DNA from: Eutreptiella sp. 'Long Island Sound 2002'
Lineage: Eukaryota; Protista; Euglenida
Length of the DNA: 64,000 bases
Direction of reading: 5' to 3'
Assembly: GCA_964036045.1 (NCBI GenBank)
Contig: OZ038378.1
Location: 147,064,001 to 147,128,000 of the forward strand
Of the stretch, positions 25,035-36,104 are shown piece after piece. Every line of letters begins with the position of its first letter. Positions within the stretch are counted from its first letter, which is position 1. The notes beneath the pieces are model-generated. The model made no database searches. It saw only the letters and a program-made list of their open reading frames with translations, and had not been told where the DNA came from. A program made the translations under genes and the position numbers.

Positions 25035-27861
25035 TGAACACGCACAATGCGACCCAAATGCGTTGGGTAAATGCGTTCGGGTGGCGATAGCTACTCCCCG
25101 GGGAACCGCCTGGGACGCGCAGTGCAATGGTAGAGAGGCTGGCGGCTGGAGGGAGAGATGGGCCCCGGAAATGCATGGCATCGTGTGCGGCCCAGGGGGG
25201 CGCTGAACTTGAAGTGAGAGGGTGGGGGGAGGCTCTGAAGAGGCGGTTCGAAACGGGCTGCAACCGCCGTCCCCGGCCGGTGGAACGGGCCATGGGGAGC
25301 GCAGGGGCCGTCTGGGGCAGGCCAAACCGGTCAACAGCGCTGACCGGCGCCCCAAATGGGGGCCTCCATGGCCCGGTCCACACGTCCGCGGTTGGCCCTG
25401 GCAACTCTCATCGCCCGCTGCCCATGCCGGTCGCCTCCAGTGCTCTCAGGCCCGCCTGTGTGTTCTGGCCGGGTCTCCCTCCCAGGCCAAGGCTTGGAGT
25501 GCGACGGTTGGGACTCTACCCGGGGAGGCGCACATCCTGGTCTGTGGTCGTTGGGGATCTGGGCGGGCACTGGGTCACTAGGCCCGCCCTAACAGGGCCA
25601 TGACGTCAGGTTTTGAAATAACCGCCGTGGTCCTGACTGTATGCCACGACTCAATCAGGTCAACCGGTGACTCTGCGCACACCACATCACCGCAGAGCCT
25701 GACAGGGGGGGTGAGTGTACCCATCCCCCGATTTCGCAATCGTTTTCCCGCCTTCCCTCCCCCGGGGCATGCGCGACTCGGCCTCGTGGGAAGCCCAATC
25801 CCCGAGTTCACGCGTTTCACGGCCGTCCTCAACGTTCCTTGTGCTCTTGCTGCGCCCGTCTGCCCCCGTTGGGTCAACCAAAGCTGCGGGCCTCGCCTGC
25901 CGGCGCCGAACGGGGGGCCATGAGAAAAGGGGGAGACGAGCCCCGATGACGGCCCTCCTCGTTGTCGTCCCTCTCCCGTCAGAAACGGGCGCTGTTGACT
26001 TGTTGTTCGCAGTCTCGGTTGGGTGGGCCTATGGGACGGGGGGATCTGAGGCCGGAGGATGCCGGTTGAGGCAAAAAAATCTTGTGTACGTAAACCGGGC
26101 CTCTGGTTTGAGGCTCTATTCAGAATTTCATGTTTCTCGAACGGAAAATGTTTTTGGGTGTGGGTGGGTGCACAAAATAGACCAAGTCAGGTCCACACAG
26201 AGACAGTGCATCATACGGCACCAATGCTTTGGGAACAAAACGTAGGTGGACCTGTTGTGGCAGGCGTGACACGTCGCATATTCCGGGACCCCGTAGATAG
26301 CGGGTCCACAACCCATGGCTGTTACACAGGGCGGGTACTGCTATGAATGCAGACTGGACCAACCTGGAGTCACCGTTGCAACCTTTGATATGGGGATCAT
26401 CTTGCTGGTGGTCAGGAGCCCGTGGGTACCCAGGTAATCTGACGCATGGACCTGGCGATCTGCCACGCACCCTCTCCCACAATCAAGTTGAGACCATCCT
26501 ACCGTTGTACCGCGGAGGCATAGGAATATTGGCAGCAGGACCGCCATGACCCATGTAGCGATGGCACTTCTGGACCTGCTGACAGCGATACCAGTGCCCC
26601 CACCACGCGGGCGATGTCCCTGAAAGGGGGAGAGTGTGCACAGCTCCCACTTTTCAGGGTAAAATTACAAAAAACCAGGAAATCCGAAGATGCCGTGATC
26701 ATTCATGGGAGACATGAAATGCCTCACCCCAATGCACCAAAACATCTTGATAGATTGATGCAAAGGCGAGACACCAACAGAATTACACCGAACTCATCCA
26801 ATGCCACAAAGTAAGGGCCTCTGTTGCTGTTACGGCATAGATTGAACACTGCGCGCACGCTGTCTATCCCCACAGGACGAAGCAAGGAGAGGACACCTGG
26901 TTATGGACTTGGTGGCCTCATAACCCACAACTCGCCGAGCATGTGGCATTCGAAAAGCACCCCACAATGCTAGGGGGAGCCGGGCAGGGAGGAGCGGTGC
27001 TGCTGGGCAGAGGGAGGGGCGGTGATACATGCAATTGGGTCAAAAAAAAAAAGTGCCACATCTTTGCTGCGGCAATACATGCAGTACGGTCAGAACAACA
27101 AAAGGCTGACTAGATGCGCAACTAGATCCAAAAATGTGCCGACAGAGTCATCGCCCAGCATCGCGGTAAAAAAAAAAATACGGGTTTACATCAGGGCTAA
27201 ACCGCCCCCCTGAATAAAATCACGCAGCAAAAATAAAATCACGCATGCCGGATTTTATTTAAAACAGTAGAAATAAAATCATGCATCAATTTTTCCACGT
27301 CAAATGGTGCAAACTGCAACAAATCCTCGAAGGCGAAAGCAAAATAAACACAGAATGTGCCTCAGCTGCCGAACAGTCATCAACCTCCAGCTCATCATCG
27401 TCACGTGCATCAGCAAGTGAAGAATGAAAAGGCAAATCCATCGTGTCGGAAGCAAGCAGAAATAAAATCACGTGTGTGATTTGTAATGGGACAGGGGTTT
27501 AGGATCATTTGTGATGCACCGCAGGCACAGGAGCACATGGGCGACGGGATGATCCATCAAATCGACAATACCCATCAAATAGACAATGCTGATTTCTGGA
27601 GCCCCAACAAAAAGCAGCATGTCAGGCGTTATATTCGTATCATCCTTGATGCAGCGTTCGGATTCCTGCGCAACAATCCAAACTACTCAACCTAGTCCCA
27701 GGAGATAACAAAAACCTCCGGAAATACTACCAGGGGGGGGAAAATTTTAAGAGGTTTTTTTTTCGGATGACCAAAATTAAAGGGGTAAAAAATTGGTATT
27801 GCTCCTTAGAAATGAAGGAAAAATTTGGTATGCGGCCCCCTGCTGCTACTTCCTAGTGGAT

Positions 27862-28250
27862 GTTCATTGTGATTTCCGGGTGGGCTCTGGATGGTTGCTG
27901 TTATTTCCTGGTGGGCTCTGGATGGTTACTGATATTTCCTGGTAGGCTTTGGATGGTTCCTGTTATTTCCTGGTGGGCTCTGGATGGTTACTGATATTTC
28001 CTGGTGGGCTCTGGATGGTTGCTGTTATTTCCTGGTGGGCTCTGGATGGTTGCTGTTATTTGCTGGTGGGCTCTGGATGGCCACTGATATTTCCTGGTGG
28101 GCTCTGGATGGTTGCTGTTATTTCCTGGTGGGCTCTGGATGGTTACTGATATTTCCTGGTGGGCTCTGGATGGTTGCTGTTATTTCCTGGTGGGCTCTGG
28201 ATGGTTGCTGATATTTCCTGGTGGGCTCGAGATGGTTGCTGTTATTTCCT
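27862..28250 (+). repeat. 31-bp minisatellite array (left, + orientation)
   Basis: ggtgggctctggatggttgctgttatttcct x ~12. Confidence 0.95.
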
Positions 28251-28400
28251 GGATCCGAGTGGCATGTCAAGCACGATGGGAATCCCAAACCTATCATTCT
28301 GCTTCCATTGGGTCTGCAGTACGCCCCAGGGGGAGGGTCCGAGTGCGAGTGCATTGTGAACGTGTTGCGCTTCACCGACAGAACAATTTCCTCCGCCTGA
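28251..28400 (+). pseudogene. displaced, inverted 3' end of the ART-repeat gene (GSEWHVKHDG...NVLRFTDRTISSA*)
   Basis: Near-identical to the end of each coding repeat at 30490-30620 etc., but on the opposite strand and ending in a unique C-terminus plus TGA. Confidence 0.9.
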
Positions 28401-28840
28401 TTGCCGTCCTCTGCCCCAACTCTTGTAAGCGCGCTTCCTAACGCTCACGGTTTGCCGCGCTCTCCTCGACAGTGGGATGAATGTATTTGCCGGCCTGCTG
28501 ACACCCCTGGACCTCCCAGAATGCTGTACAAGGCCTCCAGTGTTCCAGTTTTTCCAATTTAGGGGCCTGTGCTGTCAAGGAGCATGGGCTGTCACAGTGA
28601 ATGTGTGCCAACATCTACCTTGACTCCACATTTCTTTTCTTTCCCAGGATACCAGGGGGGGACAAATTTGGGCGCGGGGAAAAGTTGTTTGGACAAATTT
28701 CGAAGCCCTCCCTCGTACCAAATATTTCCTTCAATTTTAAGGATTCTTTGTGCCATATTGAGCCAGAAGGTGCCATAACGACACCTTTTTTTTTTTCACT
28801 ATGACATGCACACTCTGATGTTACAGTTCTGCTAGATCGT

Positions 28841-28918
28841 GATGTAGCTTAGTTGGTAGTTGCGCTAGGTTCTGGGTCTAAGGGTCCTGGGTTCAAACCC
28901 AGTTCAGGGTATATTTTT
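28841..28918 (+). pseudogene. degenerate tRNA-like sequence (A box, B box, oligo-T)
   Basis: gtagcttagttggtag (A box) ... gggttcaaaccc (B box-like, 6-nt T loop) followed by tattttttg. The acceptor stem does not pair well. Confidence 0.4.
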
Positions 28919-29605
28919 TGCTTCGCTTTTTTTGGCCTTTTTTATGTCTGCACATCTGCATGTCATCTGAACGTCACCTGAACGTTGTATTTATGCCCCC
29001 CTGCCTGCACTGTGCCTGCACCTGCACCTGGGAGGGAAGGTAACATAGAGATGAGACGCGGTGTCGATTGACACTGTGTTCTCTGTAGGTCCGCACTGCC
29101 GTGGACGTTGGTGTACATCTAGCAGGCTGAGCAATTGCCAAGTGATCTGCAACTGGCCTTCGAGTGGTCCAGCACTGGTACACCTGTTTGCCATGTCCCC
29201 ACGCAGACATGGATCGTTTTGTTGTACCAAAGGCTGTTGTTGAGGCTTCAGAGGTGCAGCGCCGGTTGCAGCAAGCAGCGCAACAGTACCATGCATCACA
29301 GTGCAAAGGGAAGACCATTTCATTTTTGAGGAGTTAAAAAAGCAACCTGTGGGTGAGAAGCGCTCTGGTCCTCCAAGTGCCAGCCCTGCCCCGAAAAGGC
29401 AGAAATCACTTGCAAGTGATTTTATGACTATGCGCAAGAATCGCCTGAACAAAGGATAATGCTTTTGCTATACGCAATCCAATCCGCCACTTGGGAGATG
29501 CAATTTCGAGCTGTGTCTTTAGGTACAGTGCTTCAGCAACCCTGTGGTGATTCCATACCATTGAGCATTTCTGTGTCCTGCAGTCTTCGTGCCATCCACA
29601 CAGGA

Positions 29606-29905
29606 ATTACCAGCAACCATCCAGAGCCTACCAGGAAATATCAGTGGCCATCCAGAGCCCACCAGGAAATATCAGTGGCCATCCAGAGCCTACCAGGAAA
29701 TAACAGCAACCATCGAGCCCACCAGGAAATAACAGCAACCATCTCGAGCCCACCAGAAAATATCAGCAACCATCCAGAGCCCACCAGGAAATAACAGCAA
29801 CCATCCAGAGCCCACCAGGAAATATCAGTAACCATCCAGAGCCCACCAGGAAATAACAGCAACCATCCAGAGCCCACCAGGAAATATCAGTGGCCATCCA
29901 GAGCC
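29606..29905 (-). repeat. 31-bp minisatellite array (right, inverted relative to the left array); supplies the current stop of the ART ORF
   Basis: accatccagagcccaccaggaaataacagca x ~10. Confidence 0.95.
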
Positions 29906-32900
29906 TGCTACGATTTCCCAATCACCAAACACTTGTGCGCTGAGAGTCTCGTATGCCGACGGGAGGTCGCCAGGGAAATCTTGCGGCTCTGAGCTGCCGG
30001 CAGACCAGACCACGATTCCCTTACCCTTGTGCTCATAGTTCCACCACCCGTTGGAGTCTTTGTCCAAACAAACAAGCAGATGCTGCGACTTGTTCTGCAA
30101 GATGAACTTGCCCTCCTTTACACCACAACTCCATGCATTGGAGCGCCTCGGGCAGCGTAGCCCTACTGTGCACTCCTGGCATGCCCCACAGTGTTGGCAA
30201 CCTGATTCACCGGACCCACAACCACATGCCTCACCAGGCTTACGCCCGGGGGTGTGGTGTACGCATCCCTCCCCATACCCGGTGCACAGATTGCACATAC
30301 TGCACACCATGCACTGCTTGCGTATGAAGTGATGGGCATCACAGGCATCCGCGTCATCGGCCTGCAATCCGTCGGTTTTCGTCTCTGAGCTGTCGCTGCT
30401 GCCGGAGCCACTGTCCTGGCTAACGCTACCGCTACCGTCCGCGTCATCTTCAGCGTCACTGGCGCAGTGGCCATCACCGTTCCTTCGTCCGCTCATCCTC
30501 AACACGTTCACAATGCACTCGCACTGGGACCCTCCCCCTGGGGCGTACTGCAGACCCAATGGAAGCAGAATGATAGGTTTGGGATTCCCATCGTGCTTGA
30601 CATGCCACTCGGATCCGTGTGCTACGATTTCCCAACCGCCAAACACTTGTGCGCTGAGAGTCTCGTATGCCGACGGGAGGTCGCAGGGGAAATCTTCCGG
30701 GTTTGAGCTGCCGGAAGACCAGACCTTCATTCCCTTACCGTCGTGCTCATAGTTCCACCACCCGTTGGATCCATTGGGCAAACGAACAAGCAGATGCTGT
30801 GACTTGTTCTGCAAGATGAACTTGCCCCCCTTTACACCACAACTCCACGCATTGGAGCGCCTCGGGCAGCGTAGACCTACTGTGCACTCCTGGCATGCCC
30901 CACAGTGTTGGCAACCTGATTCACCGGACCCACAACCACATGCCTCACCAGGCTTACGCCCGGGGGTGTGGTGTACGCATCCCTCCCCATACCCGGTGCA
31001 CAGATTGCACATACTGCACACCATGCACTGCTTGCGTATGAAGTGATGGGCATCACAGGCATCCGCGTCGTCGGCCTGCAATCCGTCGGTTTTCGTCTCT
31101 GAGCTGTCGCTGCTGCCGGAGCCACTGTCCTGGCTAACGCTACCGCTACCGTCATCTTCCGCGCCACTGCCACAGTGGCCATCACCGTTCCTTCGTCCGC
31201 TCATCCTCAACACGTTCACAATGCACTCGCACTGGGACCCTCCCCCTGGGGCGTACTGCAGACCCAATGGAAGCAGAATGATAGGTTTGGGATTCCCATC
31301 GTGCTTGACATGCCACTCGGATCCGTGTGCTACGATTTCCCAATCACCAAACACTTGTGCGCTGAGAGTCTCGTATGCCGACGGGAGGTCGCCAGGGAAA
31401 TCACGCGCATTTGGGGTGCCGGCAGACCACACCACCATTCCCTTACCGTTGTGCTCATAGTCCCACCACCCGTTGGAGTCTTTGTCCAAACAAACAAGCA
31501 GATGCTGCGACTTGTTCTGCAAGATGAACTTGCCCTCCTTTACACCGCAACTCCACGCATTGGAGCGCCTCGGGCAGCGTAGACCTACTGTGCACTCCTG
31601 GCATGCCCCACAGTGTTGGCAACCTGATTCACCGGACCCACAACCACATGCCTCACCAGGCTTACGCCCGGGGGTGTGGTGTACGCATCCCTCCCCATAC
31701 CCGGTGCACAGATTGCACATACTGCACACCATGCACTGCTTGCGTATGAAGTGATGGGCATCACAGGCATCCGCGTCGTCGGCCTGCAATCCGTCGGTTT
31801 TCGTCTCTGAGCTGTCGCTGCTGCCGGAGCCACTGTCCTGGCTAACGCTACCGCTACCGTCCGCGTCATCTTCAGCGTCACTGGCGCAGTGGCCATCACC
31901 GTTCCTTCGTCCGCTCATCCTCAACACGTTCACAATGCACTCGCACTGGGACCCTCCCCCTGGGGCGTACTGCAGACCCAATGGAAGCAGAATGATAGGT
32001 TTGGGATTCCCATCGTGCTTGACATGCCACTCGGATCCGTGTGCTACGATTTCCCAATCACCAAACACTTGTGCGCTGAGAGTCTCGTATGCCGACGGGA
32101 GGTCGCCAGGGAAATCACGCGCATTTGGGGTGCCGGCAGACCAGACCTTCATTCCCTTACCGTCGTGCTCATAGTTCCACCACCCGTTGGATCCATTGGA
32201 CAAACGAACAAGCAGATGCTGTGACTTGTTCTGCAAGATGAACTTGCCCTCCTTTACACCACAACTCCACGCATTGGAGCGCCTCGGGCAGCGTAGACCT
32301 ACTGTGCACTCCTGGCATGCCCCACAGTGTTGGCAACCTGATTCACCGGACCCACAACCACATGCCTCACCAGGCTTACGCCCGGGGGTGTGGTGTACGC
32401 ATCCCTCCCCATACCCGGTGCACAGATTGCACATACTGCACACCATGCACTGCTTGCGTATGAAGTGATGGGCATCACAGGCATCCGCGTCGTCGGCCTG
32501 CAATCCGTCGGTTTTCGTCTCTGAGCTGTCGCTGCTGCCGGAGCCACTGTCCTGGCTAACGCTACCGCTACCGTCCGCGTCATCTTCAGCGTCACTGGCG
32601 CAGTGGCCATCACCGTTCCTTCGTCCGCTCATCCTCAACACGTTCACAATGCACTCGCACTGGGACCCTCCCCCTGGGGCGTACTGCAGACCCAATGGAA
32701 GCAGAATGATAGGTTTGGGATTCCCATCGTGCTTGACATGCCACTCGGATCCGTGTGCTACGATTTCCCAACCGCCAAACACTTGTGCGCTGAGAGTCTC
32801 GTATGTCGACGGGAGGTCGCAGGGGAAATCTTCCGGGTTTGAGCTGCCGGAAGACCAGACCTTCATTCCCTTACCGTCGTGCTCATAGTTCCACCACCCG

Positions 32901-34909
32901 TTGGATCCATTGGGCAAACGAACAAGCAGATGCTGTGACTTGTTCTGCAAGATGAACTTGCCCCCCTTTACACCACAACTCCACGCATTGGAGCGCCTCG
33001 GGCAGCGTAGCCCTACTGTGCACTCCTGGCATGCCCCACAGTGTTGGCAGCCTGATTCACCGGGCCCACAACCACATGCCTCACCAGGCTTACGCCCGGG
33101 GGTGTGGTGTACGCATCCCTCCCCATACCCGGTGCACAGATTGCACATACTGCACACCATGCACTGCTTGCGTATGAAGTGATGGGCATCACAGGCATCC
33201 GCGTCGTCGGCCTGCAATCCGTCGGTTTTCGTCTCTGAGCTGTCGCTGCTGCCGGAGCCACTGTCCTGGCTAACGCTACCGCTACCGTCATCTTCCGCGC
33301 CACTGCCACAGTGGCCATCACCGTTCCTTCGTCCGCTCATCCTCAACACGTTCACAATGCACTCGCACTGGGACCCTCCCCCTGGGGCGTACTGCAGACC
33401 CAATGGAAGCAGAATGATAGGTTTGGGATTCCCATCGTGCTTGACATGCCACTCGGATCCGTGTGCTACGATTTCCCAATCACCAAACACTTGTGCGCTG
33501 AGAGTCTCGTATGCCGACGGGAGGTCGCCAGGGAAATCACGCGCATTTGGGGTGCCGGCAGACCAGACCACCATTCCCTTACCGTTGTGCTCATAGTCCC
33601 ACCACCCGTTGGAGTCTTTGTCCAAACAAACAAGCAGATGCTGCGACTTGTTCTGCAAGATGAACTTGCCCTCCTTTACACCGCAACTCCACGCATTGGA
33701 GCGCCTCGGGCAGCGTAGACCTACTGTGCACTCCTGGCATGCCCCACAGTGTTGGCAACCTGATTCACCGGACCCACAACCACATGCCTCACCAGGCTTA
33801 CGCCCGGGGGTGTGGTGTACGCATCCCTCCCCATACCCGGTGCACAGATTGCACATACTGCACACCATGCACTGCTTGCGTATGAAGTGATGGGCATCAC
33901 AGGCATCCGCGTCGTCGGCCTGCAATCCGTCGGTTTTCGTCTCTGAGCTGTCGCTGCTGTCGGAGCCACTGTCCTGGCTAACGCTACCGCTACCGTCCGC
34001 GTCATCTTCAGCGTCACTGTCACAGATCTGAGGATCATGCCAAGAATCCGAATCGTTGGACGGATCTCCATCTGTACTCCTTGCACTTGTCCTGGTGCTC
34101 TGTTGCTCACACGTCGGCTTCCTGCGAGGCACGCTGTAGCAGTACTGTGCGTTGTCGATTTGTCTGATGGTGATAAACAAGTTCGGGATAACTGCGTGTT
34201 TGAAAGGGCAAACCACATGGAACATCGCTGGGGGCACTGGCAGCACCTCATGTTCATCCATGGGGCTGAGAGAAAATGCCCCGATCCTGACAGCTTTCAA
34301 CTCTGGACATTTGAATATGATGGTGTCTCTTGAAGTGGAGCCAAAAACACCGCTCGCCACGGCATCATCCGTCGAAAAACTCGAGAAGCCCCAAAAATTG
34401 ACTGGGCTTCCAGGCACACAACGAACTGCATGGTGGTTAAACATGTCTCTGAGTTTGCCACTGGCCGCAACTGTGACAGCACGAGCCGCCTGCACGGTCT
34501 CGGTCGGTAACCTTTCCAAGGCCGTGATCATCAAAAGGGCCAGAGGAGCGACATGCTTCACCACCTCCGGGTCCCTACGATCGCAAATCATCCAGGCATT
34601 GAGCAACCTGTACATTGGGTACGGGTGCTCCATTGTGTACGCCATTAAAACGCTACACTGGTCATCTGACAGGTCCAAATTCGCGTCCAACTTGGAGCGC
34701 ACTTTGGGCAACTTTTCTCGAACAATGGTACAGATGGTTTGGTAATCATCCTCATCAGGCTGCCGAATATCCGGGCGGTCCGGTGGCGAATCGGCCATGC
34801 CAAAAAGCAGACGAAGTGCATCAGGGAAGGGGATCTCCTGCACATTCTTCAGCCATCGTGACGGGGGATCTTGGTCAACATATTGGCTTAGCGCAAGTTC
34901 CTCCTCCAT
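29825..34909 (-). CDS. intronless 1694-aa protein: N-terminal R-S-E (ARTC-like) ADP-ribosyltransferase domain + 6 x [acidic/Ser linker, Cys-rich Zn module, Trp-rich beta module]
   Basis: AYTME..YRLLN helix, QAARAV (R), FWGFSSFST (S-x-S), MDEHEVL (E-x-E). Six repeats of 708/714 nt, all indels in multiples of 3. Confidence 0.85.
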   Translation of the reverse strand: MEEELALSQYVDQDPPSRWLKNVQEIPFPDALRLLFGMADSPPDRPDIRQPDEDDYQTICTIVREKLPKVRSKLDANLDLSDDQCSVLMAYTMEHPYPMYRLLNAWMICDRRDPEVVKHVAPLALLMITALERLPTETVQAARAVTVAASGKLRDMFNHHAVRCVPGSPVNFWGFSSFSTDDAVASGVFGSTSRDTIIFKCPELKAVRIGAFSLSPMDEHEVLPVPPAMFHVVCPFKHAVIPNLFITIRQIDNAQYCYSVPRRKPTCEQQSTRTSARSTDGDPSNDSDSWHDPQICDSDAEDDADGSGSVSQDSGSDSSDSSETKTDGLQADDADACDAHHFIRKQCMVCSMCNLCTGYGEGCVHHTPGRKPGEACGCGSGESGCQHCGACQECTVGLRCPRRSNAWSCGVKEGKFILQNKSQHLLVCLDKDSNGWWDYEHNGKGMVVWSAGTPNARDFPGDLPSAYETLSAQVFGDWEIVAHGSEWHVKHDGNPKPIILLPLGLQYAPGGGSQCECIVNVLRMSGRRNGDGHCGSGAEDDGSGSVSQDSGSGSSDSSETKTDGLQADDADACDAHHFIRKQCMVCSMCNLCTGYGEGCVHHTPGRKPGEACGCGPGESGCQHCGACQECTVGLRCPRRSNAWSCGVKGGKFILQNKSQHLLVRLPNGSNGWWNYEHDGKGMKVWSSGSSNPEDFPCDLPSTYETLSAQVFGGWEIVAHGSEWHVKHDGNPKPIILLPLGLQYAPGGGSQCECIVNVLRMSGRRNGDGHCASDAEDDADGSGSVSQDSGSGSSDSSETKTDGLQADDADACDAHHFIRKQCMVCSMCNLCTGYGEGCVHHTPGRKPGEACGCGSGESGCQHCGACQECTVGLRCPRRSNAWSCGVKEGKFILQNKSQHLLVRLSNGSNGWWNYEHDGKGMKVWSAGTPNARDFPGDLPSAYETLSAQVFGDWEIVAHGSEWHVKHDGNPKPIILLPLGLQYAPGGGSQCECIVNVLRMSGRRNGDGHCASDAEDDADGSGSVSQDSGSGSSDSSETKTDGLQADDADACDAHHFIRKQCMVCSMCNLCTGYGEGCVHHTPGRKPGEACGCGSGESGCQHCGACQECTVGLRCPRRSNAWSCGVKEGKFILQNKSQHLLVCLDKDSNGWWDYEHNGKGMVVWSAGTPNARDFPGDLPSAYETLSAQVFGDWEIVAHGSEWHVKHDGNPKPIILLPLGLQYAPGGGSQCECIVNVLRMSGRRNGDGHCGSGAEDDGSGSVSQDSGSGSSDSSETKTDGLQADDADACDAHHFIRKQCMVCSMCNLCTGYGEGCVHHTPGRKPGEACGCGSGESGCQHCGACQECTVGLRCPRRSNAWSCGVKGGKFILQNKSQHLLVRLPNGSNGWWNYEHDGKGMKVWSSGSSNPEDFPCDLPSAYETLSAQVFGGWEIVAHGSEWHVKHDGNPKPIILLPLGLQYAPGGGSQCECIVNVLRMSGRRNGDGHCASDAEDDADGSGSVSQDSGSGSSDSSETKTDGLQADDADACDAHHFIRKQCMVCSMCNLCTGYGEGCVHHTPGRKPGEACGCGSGESGCQHCGACQECTVGLRCPRRSNAWSCGVKEGKFILQNKSQHLLVCLDKDSNGWWNYEHKGKGIVVWSAGSSEPQDFPGDLPSAYETLSAQVFGDWEIVAGSGWPLIFPGGLWMVAVISWWALDGY
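29906..34020 (-). repeat. coding tandem repeat, 6 units of 708/714 bp, with a higher-order period of 2136 bp
   Basis: Equivalent positions 33609, 32901, 32187, 31473, 30765, 30051 give spacings of 708, 714, 714, 708, 714. Confidence 0.97.
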
Positions 34910-35492
34910 CTCAGGTGCGATTTTGGCGTTTGAAAGAGAGAGTTCTGCAGAAGGGAGAGGTTCGAATCAAGCTTGCCACTGTATTGGCAGCAGGGCGGTC
35001 CCTAACCAGCTCGGCGGTTGGAGGCAAAGTGATGGTGGCTGGAGGGTGACCAGCAGCAGTAATGGCGGTTGAAGGGTAGGCAGCGGTGGTTGGAGGCAAA
35101 CTGGTTGTTGCTTGACTTTCAAAGTGATTCAAGCCAAACTGGCTGAAATGCAGTGAAAGTACTCAGGAACAACCCTGGAATCAAGTGTATCCGAGGTCTA
35201 AGGACGTCACATCGCCACAGTGGGGATGTCGTTGCACTGCTTGTGCAATGCGTGCAATGCCCACGCAATGAAACCTAGCCAGGGAGGAAGGGAGGAAACC
35301 AACTTGCATCTATGCAGGCGTCGCAAGGGTCTTCATATCCTTGGTGGCTGGTGGCCGTGGCCAAGCAAGATGTGGAACAGGGCGGAGGGGGGCAACAAGC
35401 ATTCTGACATGGATGCACTCAAAAAGGGGGAGAGGGGGCGAAAATTATTTGTGGGAGGCATGAAGCTGAAAATTCTATTGCCTTCGGCAGTG

Positions 35493-36104
35493 CACTTTGA
35501 AGAGAGGCTGACAGTCAGCCAATCAGTCAGTCAGTGGTCGAATAGGAATGCAGGCGACCGTGGACGTTTAGGTCGGCGGTTTGATTCCCTCGGCTGGCCT
35601 GCCGTCGGCGCCGGGTGACCTGTCAGCTCTGACCAGTTAGACCCTTGTTCAGTTTGTGGTCAGAGGGGTTTGAACGAGGGTCAAATTGGGCAAAGCTGAC
35701 AGGTCGGCGGGCGCTGCCGCGGACGGCCGACATGGGTTCGAACCGCCGACCCACATGTCTGCAGTCGGCTACTTTACCACTCAACCGTTGCATGTTCTGC
35801 AGTAGCTATGCTCCCCACTACTTGAACCCGAGTCTGGCACTCAAAAAAAACCCAAACCGTGTGTTTCTGTCTGCCTGTCTGCCCCCCCCCCCCCCCGCAA
35901 AAAAAGTGGTATCTAGTTTCATGGGGTAGAGGCCTCAAAATCAAAAAAATCCATTCCGGATTGTCTTATAGGGCAAAATAATGATTTTACAAGGGGTTGG
36001 ACATCAAATATCATGCCTTGGGGTATGCTAAGCGAATGACTCCCCAAAGGGGGGGAATATGACGCCAGCACCTGCGCTTGATCTAACAACCTCTCTTCGA
36101 GGTG
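35493..36104. mobile_element. second copy of the CAC(C/T)T(C/T)GAAGAGAGG inverted-repeat element, with two tRNA-like segments in opposite orientation
   Basis: cactttgaagagaggctgacagtcag ... cctctcttcgaggtg. Internal blocks shared with 22498-22898 and 60709-61930. Confidence 0.7.
35725..35802 (-). pseudogene. tRNA-derived (Cys-like, GCA loop) SINE head
   Basis: Minus strand: ggttgagtggtaaag (A box) tagccgactgcagacatgtgggtcggc ggttcgaaccc (B box). The cloverleaf is incomplete. Confidence 0.5.

Noticed and set aside
28841-28918. Functional tRNA gene
   Set aside because: The T-loop is 6 nt and the acceptor stem does not pair. Kept only as a tRNA-like relic.
29209-29457. Coding-like fragment (MDRFVVPKAVVE...; FEELKKQPVGEKR...) inside the inverted segment
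   Set aside because: Frameshifted, short, and with no recognisable family. It cannot be supported as a gene.
27862-29905. Minisatellite as a canonical or euglenid-type non-conventional intron
   Set aside because: No GT-AG pair or CAG/CTG-type junction that I tested restores the reading frame.
30051-33890. Repeated + strand and alternative-frame ORFs inside the ART gene
   Set aside because: By-products of the coding tandem repeat.
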